In this document: positions 16,145-23,921 of the stretch, in pieces
Position numbering within the stretch: the stretch's first letter is position 1
Layout of the letters: the number at the start of each line of letters is the position of its first letter
Assembly: GCA_031376485.1 (NCBI GenBank)
Contig: JANMDV010000057.1
Coordinates: 14,092-78,091, forward strand
Reading direction: 5' to 3'
Length of the DNA stretch: 64,000 nt
Source of the DNA: Actinomycetota bacterium
GTDB lineage: Bacteria > Actinomycetota > Thermoleophilia > Miltoncostaeales > Miltoncostaeaceae
The notes under the pieces: model-generated
What the model saw: the letters and a program-made list of their open reading frames with translations, nothing else
What the model was told of the DNA's origin: nothing
Database searches by the model: none
Translations under genes and position numbers: made by a program

Positions 16145-17613
16145 AACAGTGGTTTACGGTCGACACCCGCGAGCCGCGGGACACATGCGGCGCCGACGGC
16201 AGCAAGGAGCAGAAACCCGACGGCCGCGAACAGCGCATTGCGAAAGCCCGTGGCGATGAGTTCACGCACCGCCGAGATCGCCCGGACCGTCGCCTGTTCG
16301 GAACCCGCTGGGATCGCCGCATGCATGATCACGCCGAGCACCGCCGTGCCGAGCGCACCACCCGTGTAGCGACTGATATTCGGCAGCGCAGATGCCACAC
16401 CCAGTTGCGCGGCCGGCACGTCGCTGATGGCACTGGTTTGGATCGGGGACGACGCCATCGCGAGCCCCACGCCGAACATCACGATTCCCGGCAACATCGC
16501 CGGGTACGACTCAAGGTGCGCGGCCAGCGCCGCCTCAAGTGCCCCGGCGGACGAGATCAGGTACCCGGCAGTCGCCATCCGCGCCGGGCCCGTCTTGGCG
16601 AAGGCACGACCGGCGATCGGCGAGACGACGACGAACGACAAGGCGATCGGACTGATGGCAAGGCCCAGTTGGACCGGACCGAATCCCAACACACGACTCA
16701 GGTAGAACGGCAGCAGGATCAGCACGCCGAACAACGCGGCCGACGAGGCCCACGACGCGATGTTGGTGGTGCGGACCGAGCGCAGTCCGAGCAGGCGCAG
16801 GTCGAGCAGGGGATCGCCGACGGAGCGCTCCCGCAGCACGAACAGGACAAGCCCGGCGACTCCCACCATGAGGGCCGTCACCGTCGCGGCAGAGCCGAAG
16901 CCCCATGCTTCGCCCCGGGAAAGGCCGAGCAGCAGGCCGAGCAGGCCGACTCCCCCCAGCGCCGCCCCCGGCAGGTCGAACGAGCGCCGCGCCCCAGTCA
17001 CGCGGTACTCCGGAAGGACGATCAAGGCGCCGACGAGAACGCCAACCCCGACGATCGGCGTGAACCAGAACACGCTGCGCCACCCGAACACGGCCAAGAG
17101 CGCCCCGGCGACGTTGAGCGCGACGATCGGCGCGATGCTGATGACGGCGGAGTAGATCCCGAGTGCCTGGCCCCGCTCACGGTGGTTGAAAAGCTCGGCG
17201 ATGTAGCTGACCGCCGTGGGCGCCATCGCACAGGCACCGGCGGCCTGCACGACGCGAAACGCGATCAGTGAACCGACATCCCATGCGGCGGCGCACAGGA
17301 TCGAACCGACGATAAGCACGACCACCCCCGTCACGAACACCTTGCGACGGCCGTACAGGTCGCCTGCGCGCCCCGCGACCGGGAGCAAGGTGGCCTGAGT
17401 CACGAAGAACGCCGTGACGATCCACGCGATGGCGGTGATGTCAACCCCGAGGTCCCGGGCCATCGACGGCATCGCAATGTTGACGATGCTGATGTTCATG
17501 ACCGAGAGCCACATGCCGCTTGCGACGACGACGAGCGCGAACCACCGCTGCCGCGGGTGCGTGGCAATGCGGGCCCGCAACCCCTGCGCATTCCTGGCGA
17601 GCGGAGCCCTCAC
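16141..17613 (-). CDS. MFS transporter, DHA2/EmrB-QacA type (14-TMS)
   Basis: Track ORF 16141..17943. The hydrophobic core begins at RQRWFALVVVASGMWLSVMNISIVNIAMPSMARDLG. The GTG at 17613 is chosen as start but is uncertain. Motif GRAGDLYGRRKVF present. Confidence 0.8.
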   Translation of the reverse strand: MRAPLARNAQGLRARIATHPRQRWFALVVVASGMWLSVMNISIVNIAMPSMARDLGVDITAIAWIVTAFFVTQATLLPVAGRAGDLYGRRKVFVTGVVVLIVGSILCAAAWDVGSLIAFRVVQAAGACAMAPTAVSYIAELFNHRERGQALGIYSAVISIAPIVALNVAGALLAVFGWRSVFWFTPIVGVGVLVGALIVLPEYRVTGARRSFDLPGAALGGVGLLGLLLGLSRGEAWGFGSAATVTALMVGVAGLVLFVLRERSVGDPLLDLRLLGLRSVRTTNIASWASSAALFGVLILLPFYLSRVLGFGPVQLGLAISPIALSFVVVSPIAGRAFAKTGPARMATAGYLISSAGALEAALAAHLESYPAMLPGIVMFGVGLAMASSPIQTSAISDVPAAQLGVASALPNISRYTGGALGTAVLGVIMHAAIPAGSEQATVRAISAVRELIATGFRNALFAAVGFLLLAAVGAACVPRLAGVDRKPLL

Positions 17614-17684
17614 ACCACCCAGTGTAGGGACCCTGCGAGTAACTTCCCCGGCCGGCCGAATCGCCTTGGCCACCGTTGAGGTTT

Positions 17685-17712
17685 GGTACACGGTGTCGGA
17701 CACGAATGTACC
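17685..17712. promoter_or_regulatory. 28-bp imperfect palindrome, operator-like site 1
   Basis: GGTACAcgGTGTCgGACACgaaTGTACC lies in the 263-bp divergent region between the DHA2 transporter and the 17877 gene. It shares the motif TGTC(C)GGACACGA with site 2. Confidence 0.45.
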
Positions 17713-17812
17713 GAGAACCCTTTGCCCAGGCGGGATCGCGGGGTCCGTAACGGACCTTCCGTACACGCGCGCGACGGGGTGTTTCCTCCAGGCAGCCGGG
17801 CGCGCGACGACC

Positions 17813-17822
17813 TGTCCGGACA
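17813..17822. promoter_or_regulatory. perfect 10-bp palindrome, operator-like site 2
   Basis: TGTCCGGACA followed by CGAG. Same motif as site 1, about 119 bp away. Confidence 0.4.
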
Positions 17823-17876
17823 CGAGCAGCGGGTCCCCCAGTCGGCCGGGCGGCTCGGCCGGGTACGCTTCGTCCG

Positions 17877-18449
17877 ATGGGACACGGTCGGCAGGAGAAG
17901 CTGTGGCGGTACACGTCGCTTGTGCGCCTGTGGTCGTGGGCACTCATCGGCGTCGGCGGCGCCATGCTGCTGGTCGGAGCCGCGTTGCAAGCCGGCTCGG
18001 CGACGGGGCTCTCCCCGACGTGGATCGGAATCGCCGTCGCGGTCAGCGGCCTGACCGGGGTGGTGTTCTACCCGCTACTGCGAATGTGGCTCCGCAAGAC
18101 CGCGCCGTCGGGATACCTGCCCAAGGCGACGCCCTTGAGCGGGGCGCGGCGGCTCGAAGCCGGCCCCGCCGACTGGCGTCGGTGGGCGGTACTGACCGTG
18201 GTGTTCCTCCTCGTGGGGAGCGCGGCGATGCTGGCGTTCCTGGTCGGCGTCCTTCGCGACAGCGGACCCGACGGCATCGCGGAGGGCGTTGTCGTCGGCG
18301 TCGTTGCGGCCTGGGGACTCGTCACGCTCGGCGACGCGCGCGCGATCGAGCGCACGGAGCGTGACGAAGGACGGCACTACTTCGCCGCAGGCGACCGACC
18401 CACCGCGGCCGGCAACCGGCTGGTCTGGACACCGACTGACGTGGCCTGA
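17877..18449 (+). CDS. hypothetical membrane protein (about 4 TMS)
   Basis: Track ORF 17877..18449 with four hydrophobic segments. No recognised domain. Confidence 0.55.
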   Translation: MGHGRQEKLWRYTSLVRLWSWALIGVGGAMLLVGAALQAGSATGLSPTWIGIAVAVSGLTGVVFYPLLRMWLRKTAPSGYLPKATPLSGARRLEAGPADWRRWAVLTVVFLLVGSAAMLAFLVGVLRDSGPDGIAEGVVVGVVAAWGLVTLGDARAIERTERDEGRHYFAAGDRPTAAGNRLVWTPTDVA

Positions 18450-18467
18450 TCGAAACGCGAGTGCTTA

Positions 18468-18571
18468 CGCCAGAACAACTCTCGCGAAGGGCGGCGAGCG
18501 AGAACCGAGCGAGGCGGCTAGCTGACCTGCCCGTAGACGTTCCGAACGGGTGGGATTTCGAGCACAGGCCC
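18468..18571 (+). repeat. diverged/partial copy (E) of the palindromic repeat family
   Basis: The 5' part CCAGAACAACTCTCGCGAAGGGCGGCGAGCGAGAACCGAGCGAGGCGGC matches copy B. The 3' end CGAACGGGTGGGATTTCGAGCACAGGCCC matches the family terminus. The central module is replaced. Confidence 0.65.
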
Positions 18572-18595
18572 TTCGTGACACTGGAGGGGTGAGGT

Positions 18596-18636
18596 TTGAG
18601 CCCACATCGCGCGTGGTAAGATACCCCTGAGGGTAT
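18596..18636 (+). promoter_or_regulatory. candidate trx operon promoter with overlapping CsoR-family operator
   Basis: TTGAGC at 18596-18601 and a TANNNT box TAAGAT at 18617-18622. The inverted repeat ATACCC-CTGA-GGGTAT at 18621-18636 overlaps the -10 and start region. GGAGG at 18653-18657 precedes the GTG at 18663. Confidence 0.55.
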
Positions 18637-18662
18637 ATCAGCGCCACGCTTCGGAGGTTGCC

Positions 18663-19604
18663 GTGTCCACACGCAAGGTCATCATCATCGGCTCAGGCCC
18701 CGCCGGCCTGACCGCCGCCATCTATGCGGCGCGGGCCAACCTGGAGCCGCTGATGTTCGAGGGCTACGGCGCCGGGGGGCAGCTGATGCTGACCACCGAC
18801 GTCGAGAACTACCCGGGCTTCCCCATGGGCATCCAGGGCCCCGAGATGATGCAGGCGTTCCGCGATCAGGCCGAACGCTTCGGCACCGAGATCGTCACGG
18901 CCGACGTCACCAAGGTCGATTTCTCCACACGCCCGTTCGGCGTATGGGTGGGCGACGAGGAGTACCGCGCCGAATCCGTCATCGTGTCGACCGGCGCATC
19001 GGCCCGCTGGCTCGGCCTGGACAGCGAGGAGCGGCTGCGCGGACACGGCGTGTCGTCATGCGCGACCTGCGACGGGTTCTTCTTCAAGGAACAGCGGATG
19101 GTCGTGGTTGGCGGTGGCGACTCCGCCGCCGAAGAGGCGTTGTACCTGTCGCGCATCGGCTCGCACGTGACCCTGGTCCACCGCCGCGACCACCTGCGCG
19201 CCTCCAAGATCATGGCCGACCGGGTCCTTGCGAGCGACAAGATCACCGTGCGATGGAACGCAGACGTGGCCGAGGTGCTCGGCGACGGCAAGGTCAGCGC
19301 CGTACGCGTCCGTGACGTCGTCACGGGCGACACCGAGGACATCCCGGCGTCGGCGATGTTCGTCGCGATCGGCCACACGCCCAACACCGACCTCTTCGCC
19401 GGACAGCTCGACCTGGACGCCGACGGCTACATCGTGGCCGACGGAACCCGTACCAACATTGAGGGCGTCTTCGTCAGCGGCGACGTCCAGGACCGCGTGT
19501 ATCGCCAAGCCATCACCGCAGCCGGCAGCGGGTGCATGGCGGCCATCGACGCCGAACGCTGGCTCGAGGCCTACGCACACGAACCCGCCGGCGCCTCCGC
19601 ATAA
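18663..19604 (+). CDS. trxB: thioredoxin-disulfide reductase
   Basis: Track ORF 18663..19604. Has GSGPAGLTAAIYAARA (FAD) and the redox-active CATCDGFFF. Confidence 0.95.
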   Translation: MSTRKVIIIGSGPAGLTAAIYAARANLEPLMFEGYGAGGQLMLTTDVENYPGFPMGIQGPEMMQAFRDQAERFGTEIVTADVTKVDFSTRPFGVWVGDEEYRAESVIVSTGASARWLGLDSEERLRGHGVSSCATCDGFFFKEQRMVVVGGGDSAAEEALYLSRIGSHVTLVHRRDHLRASKIMADRVLASDKITVRWNADVAEVLGDGKVSAVRVRDVVTGDTEDIPASAMFVAIGHTPNTDLFAGQLDLDADGYIVADGTRTNIEGVFVSGDVQDRVYRQAITAAGSGCMAAIDAERWLEAYAHEPAGASA

Positions 19605-19623
19605 ACCCACGAAGGGAAATCCA

Positions 19624-19944
19624 ATGGCAGACAACGTGGTCGAGATCACGACCGACAACTTCCAGGGCACGGTGCTCGAAAACGAGAAGCCCGTCCTGAT
19701 CGACTTCTGGGCCGAGTGGTGCGGCCCGTGCCGCATGATCGCGCCGGTCATCGAGGAGATCGCCGCCGAACACGGCGAGATCGTCGTCGGCAAGATCGAC
19801 ATCGATGCCCACCCGGCGCTGGCACAGCGCTACGGCATCACGGGCATCCCGTTCATCGGACTGTTCGAGAACGGCATCCTGGCCAAGCAGGCGGTCGGCG
19901 CCATGCCGAAGGCGATGCTCGAGCAGAAGCTCGGACTGGCGTAG
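19624..19944 (+). CDS. trxA: thioredoxin
   Basis: The C-terminal part of track ORF 19228..19944, starting at MADNVVEITTDNFQ. Contains the WCGPC active site. Confidence 0.95.
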   Translation: MADNVVEITTDNFQGTVLENEKPVLIDFWAEWCGPCRMIAPVIEEIAAEHGEIVVGKIDIDAHPALAQRYGITGIPFIGLFENGILAKQAVGAMPKAMLEQKLGLA

Positions 19945-19949
19945 AAGCC

Positions 19950-20174
19950 ATGCCGACCTACGATCTGGTCTGCGACACGTGTGAGCACGGGTTCGAGACG
20001 TTCCGCCAGGGCTTCCTGCGCGACGAGGACCGCGTCTGTCCCGAGTGCGGCACCACCGAGGTCCGCCAGCTGATCACCGGCTTCATCACCGCACGCCCGA
20101 CCCGCGACACAGGACCGGTCAACGTCCAGCGGGTCGGCGGTGGCTGTTGCGGCGGAGCCTGCGGCGGTCACTAG
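19950..20174 (+). CDS. FmdB-family zinc-ribbon protein
   Basis: The C-terminal part of track ORF 19716..20174. MPTYDLVCDTCEHGFE...CPECG with a Gly/Cys tail GGGCCGGACGGH. Confidence 0.8.
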   Translation: MPTYDLVCDTCEHGFETFRQGFLRDEDRVCPECGTTEVRQLITGFITARPTRDTGPVNVQRVGGGCCGGACGGH

Positions 20175-20178
20175 CGAC

Positions 20179-20457
20179 ATGGCGACGCATGCACCCCATA
20201 CCCGCGAGCAGCTCATCGCCCGTCTGCGACGGGCCGAGGGGCAGTTGCGCGGCGTCCAGCGCATGTTGGGCGAAGACGCCGAATGCCGCGACGTGTTGAC
20301 ACAGCTTGCGGCCGTCAAGGCCGCCGTCGATCAGGTGGGGCTGCTGCTGATCACCGAGCGCCTGCGCTCCTGCGTGACGGCTGGGGAGGATGGCTGCGTC
20401 GAGGACTTCGACGCGGCGGTCGCGACGTTCCTGCGTCACGCGACGCTGTCGCACTGA
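20179..20457 (+). CDS. CsoR/RcnR-family (DUF156) transcriptional repressor, Cys36/Cys65 type lacking the Cu-ligand His
   Basis: Part of track ORF 20140..20457, starting at MATHAPHTREQLIARLRRAEGQLRGVQRMLGEDAECRDVLTQL..ERLRSCV. Counted from this Met, Cys is at 36 and 65 and Arg is at 61. Confidence 0.8.
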   Translation: MATHAPHTREQLIARLRRAEGQLRGVQRMLGEDAECRDVLTQLAAVKAAVDQVGLLLITERLRSCVTAGEDGCVEDFDAAVATFLRHATLSH

Positions 20458-20470
20458 TCGACACGCACCG

Positions 20471-21187
20471 TCAACCCAGGAGCGCGGCCAGTGATCGCAG
20501 GTCGGCGACGTGTTCACAGTCGACATCGGCAGCCTCGGCCGAACGGTCGATCAGCACTGCGCGAAGACCGGCCGACCGTGCCCCGTCGACGTCCCGCCGC
20601 AAATCGTCCCCGACATGGATCGCTTGCTCCGGCTGCACACCCAGCGCCGCGAGCGCGTGTTCGAAGATGCGCGGATCGGGTTTTCGGAAGCCCATCACGG
20701 CGCTCACGCCAACCATCGCGAAGCGTTCCGCGATGCCAAGCTGCGCGAGCACTGCGGGCAGTGAGCAGTCCCAGTTGCTGACGACCGCACACCGAAGCCC
20801 GCGCGCGGCCACGGCGTCGAGCGCCGGAATCACGTCCGCGAACAACCGGTAGCGAAGACTCCCTGTCAGGATCTCAGTGGCGACGTCGACCGGCGGTGGC
20901 ACGGGCAGCGCGGCGGCGAACGCCTCGGCACACAGGGCCTGCAGGGTCGCGAGGCCGACGATGTCCCGCCCCTGATCGTGATGGCGGCGGTAGACGTCGA
21001 CTTCGGCGCGAAAGGCGGCGGCAACCCTGTCGGCGCCATACACGTACCCGGCCGCGGCGAGTCCCCGCGTGAGGTTGCCGACAGGGTCAGCCAGCTCAAG
21101 CAGGGTGCCGTACGCGTCGAAGAGCACCGCCCGGAGGCGTCCGGTTTCGGTCACCGCGCCATGGTGACATGCGAAGCGCCAACCCAT
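20471..21187 (-). CDS. HAD-superfamily hydrolase
   Basis: Track ORF 20471..21292. Motif I is VLFDAYGTL. Also VVSNWD, GFRKPDPRIF and HVGDDLRRDVDGA. The start (ATG 21187) is uncertain. Confidence 0.75.
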   Translation of the reverse strand: MGWRFACHHGAVTETGRLRAVLFDAYGTLLELADPVGNLTRGLAAAGYVYGADRVAAAFRAEVDVYRRHHDQGRDIVGLATLQALCAEAFAAALPVPPPVDVATEILTGSLRYRLFADVIPALDAVAARGLRCAVVSNWDCSLPAVLAQLGIAERFAMVGVSAVMGFRKPDPRIFEHALAALGVQPEQAIHVGDDLRRDVDGARSAGLRAVLIDRSAEAADVDCEHVADLRSLAALLG

Positions 21188-21257
21188 GTCGTCACCGAGA
21201 ATCGGGGGCTCGGCGCTATACTCGACGGCGTTTGCTGGCCTTTTCGGGAGGAGTCGG

Positions 21258-21722
21258 GTGCGGATCACGCGCCGCCGTGCGATCGGCGTCACCGTCGGTC
21301 TTGCTGCGGTCGTCGCGCTCTGGACCCCGTCACTCGTCGCCCGCAGCTACTCGACCCCCGCGCAACCCATCGACTTTCTCTCGCGTCCGGACAAGGGATG
21401 GCGCTTTCTCTATGACACGGTACGCCTCTCGCGACACGCCAAGCTGGGATCGGATGCGCCGGCGCTCCAGCGTGCACGACAGGTCTGGCCTCGGATCGAG
21501 GACGTCGAGTTGGTGTACCTGGTGCGCCCCGTGACGGTCCCCGTCGCCGCCGGCGGACTGGCCGCGCCGCTCAGCGCGCGGCTGGTGCGCCCACGCTCAC
21601 GCCTGACCTGGTTTGTCTACGGACGCGTCGGGGGCCGGCCCCGCCAGATCATCGGCCTGCTCGACTATGGGTCGGGACGGATCATCTGGGATCTGCGCCG
21701 CGTGACCAGAGGGCGTCGATGA
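21258..21722 (+). CDS. hypothetical membrane-anchored protein
   Basis: Part of track ORF 21186..21722. GTG 21258 follows GGGAGGAG and gives VRITRRRAIGVTVGLAAVVAL (a signal anchor). ATGA overlap with the PBP gene. Confidence 0.5.
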   Translation: MRITRRRAIGVTVGLAAVVALWTPSLVARSYSTPAQPIDFLSRPDKGWRFLYDTVRLSRHAKLGSDAPALQRARQVWPRIEDVELVYLVRPVTVPVAAGGLAAPLSARLVRPRSRLTWFVYGRVGGRPRQIIGLLDYGSGRIIWDLRRVTRGRR

Positions 21723-23914
21723 GCCTGCGTCGACGAAACCACCGGAAGAAGCGCCACGACCTTCGCCGCGTGCTGTTCGCGTGCGCGGGGGGCCTGGTCG
21801 GCGCCAGCACCCTGGTTGCCGCGCACTCGTTCGAACTCGTGCGCGACGAGGTTCGCGCGGACACGTGCGATGCGGTCAAGCTGGGGCAGAACTCCAGGAT
21901 CTTCGACCGCAACGGAAAGCTCCTGACGACGATCGCGGCCGAGAACAACCGTGATCCGATCCGCTACGACGACATGCCCACGTTCCTGATCGACGCCACG
22001 GTCGCGATCGAGGACAAGAAGTTCTTCGCGCATCGCGGGATCGACTACCGACGCATCGCGAGCGCCGCGCTCAAGGACCTGTCCCGTCAAGCCGGCAGCA
22101 CCGACGGCAGGCAAGGCGGCTCGACCATCACGATGCAGCTCATGAAGAACCTGTGTCACCCCAGCGAGGCGCGCAGCGTCTCGATCAAGCTGACCGAGGC
22201 GCACCTGGCGAGCAACTTCGAAAAGGCGTACGGCAAGAAAACGATCATGCAGCGCTACCTCAACAGCGTCTTCTACGGCAACAACTCCATCGGTGTGCAG
22301 GCCGCGTCGCAGACGTACTTCAGCCGGGACGCAGCCAAGCTGACGCTGCCTCAGGCCGCACTCCTCGCAGGCCTGCCGCAGGCGCCGTCGGACTACAACC
22401 CGTTCCGCCGGTACGACGATGCCCTCAAGCGGCGCAACCTGGTGCTCGACGAGATGGTGGAAGAGGGATTCATCACCGCACAGAAAGCCGCGCGAGCCAA
22501 GCGCGCGGGCCTGGGCCTCAAGAAGGGCAACGCGTTCGGGTTGAAACGCGAGGGGTACTACACCGACTACGTTCAGAACATCCTGGATTCCGAGCTGGGC
22601 CGCAAACGGGTTCAAGAAGGCGGCTACCGGATCTCCACCACGATCGATCCGAAGCTTCAAGACGCAGCGCGGACGGCGATGCGCAATGTCCTCTCGCGAT
22701 ACAGCAGTGCCCCGCCCTCGGCAGCAATCGTCATGATCGACGCCAAGTCGGGCCACGTCCTGACGATGGCATCCAGCGAGGAGTACAACCGGAAGAACCA
22801 GTTCAATGTCGCCGGACCGCAAGCGTTGCGTCGCGCCGGCTCGACGTTCAAGACCTTCGTCTTGACGACCGCACTGGAGCGGGGCATCAGCCCGAACACG
22901 CGCTACTTCAGCAAGTCACCGCTCAAGGTTGCCGGACCGGGATGCCCAGGGCAGGACCCGAGCTACGCGGTCTCGACCTATAGCCGCAGCGGTGGCGGGA
23001 TGATGTCGATCGCGCAGGCGACAGTGCGTTCCGACAACAGCGTCTACGCTCAGATGACCTGCGACGTCGGGCCGGACGCCGTCTACAAGCTGATGCGCAA
23101 ACTCGGGATCACGTCGTTGGTACCCGATGACCAGTACAACGTCTCCCTCGGGCTCGGCTCCCCCAAACTCGGGGTCAGCGTGCTGGAGATGGCGCGGGCC
23201 TACGCACCGCTCGCAAACGGCGGGTTCAAAGTCAGGGTGCTTCCCATGACGAAGCTCGTTCGACCAGACGGCAAGATCACGCCGTTCAAGCCCAAGCTCA
23301 CACGGGTGCTCTCGGCCGGCGTGGCGGCGGAAGTCACAAAAATTCTCCGCGCGAACGTCCAGGGCGGCACCGGCACCACCGCGAACCTCCCGAACGTACC
23401 CGTGGCAGGCAAGACCGGGACCGTTGACGAGTTCAAAGACGCCTGGTTCGTCGGCTACACACCGAAGTACGTCACCGCCGTCTGGGTCGGCTACTCCAAC
23501 CCGCCACGGTCGATGCCGGGCGTCACCGGAGGCAGCCTGCCCGCCAGCATCTGGCGGCAGTTCATGGAGGTCGCGACCAAGGGTGAGTCCGGCCAGGCGT
23601 TCTTGATTCCCAAGACACCGTTCGTCAGCAAGCCCTTCTCGAGCTACTGGACGCGTCAGGCCTCTGCGCTGGCCGCGGCCGCGACCAAGAAAAAGGCCGA
23701 CGCAGAAGCGAAGAAGAAGAAAGAGGAAGGCGACAAAAAGAAGGACCGCGACGGCGACGGCGTGCCCGACGCGCCCGGGACGCCCACCGACCCCACCACG
23801 CCGGGCGGCCCGACGGACCCGCCGCCCACCGGCGGGGGACCCCCGACCGGCGGGACACCCCCAGCCGGCGAGACTCCCCCACCCGCCGCGGCACCCGTCA
23901 CCCCGACTCCGTAG
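21719..23914 (+). CDS. class A penicillin-binding protein (transglycosylase/transpeptidase)
   Basis: Track ORF 21719..23914. GT51 motifs EDKKFFAHRGID and GGSTITMQL. Transpeptidase motifs STFK, SDN and KTGT. Lys/Glu- then Pro/Thr/Gly-rich C-terminal tail. Confidence 0.93.
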   Translation: MSLRRRNHRKKRHDLRRVLFACAGGLVGASTLVAAHSFELVRDEVRADTCDAVKLGQNSRIFDRNGKLLTTIAAENNRDPIRYDDMPTFLIDATVAIEDKKFFAHRGIDYRRIASAALKDLSRQAGSTDGRQGGSTITMQLMKNLCHPSEARSVSIKLTEAHLASNFEKAYGKKTIMQRYLNSVFYGNNSIGVQAASQTYFSRDAAKLTLPQAALLAGLPQAPSDYNPFRRYDDALKRRNLVLDEMVEEGFITAQKAARAKRAGLGLKKGNAFGLKREGYYTDYVQNILDSELGRKRVQEGGYRISTTIDPKLQDAARTAMRNVLSRYSSAPPSAAIVMIDAKSGHVLTMASSEEYNRKNQFNVAGPQALRRAGSTFKTFVLTTALERGISPNTRYFSKSPLKVAGPGCPGQDPSYAVSTYSRSGGGMMSIAQATVRSDNSVYAQMTCDVGPDAVYKLMRKLGITSLVPDDQYNVSLGLGSPKLGVSVLEMARAYAPLANGGFKVRVLPMTKLVRPDGKITPFKPKLTRVLSAGVAAEVTKILRANVQGGTGTTANLPNVPVAGKTGTVDEFKDAWFVGYTPKYVTAVWVGYSNPPRSMPGVTGGSLPASIWRQFMEVATKGESGQAFLIPKTPFVSKPFSSYWTRQASALAAAATKKKADAEAKKKKEEGDKKKDRDGDGVPDAPGTPTDPTTPGGPTDPPPTGGGPPTGGTPPAGETPPPAAAPVTPTP

Positions 23915-23921
23915 GGGCCTG

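Noticed and set aside
17614-17876. A riboswitch (guanidine/ykkC-like or other) in the 263-nt leader of the DHA2 transporter.
   Set aside because: It contains hairpins (for example GGTCCGTTACGGACC), but I could not match the conserved ykkC, mini-ykkC or other riboswitch cores. The palindromes fit protein operators better.
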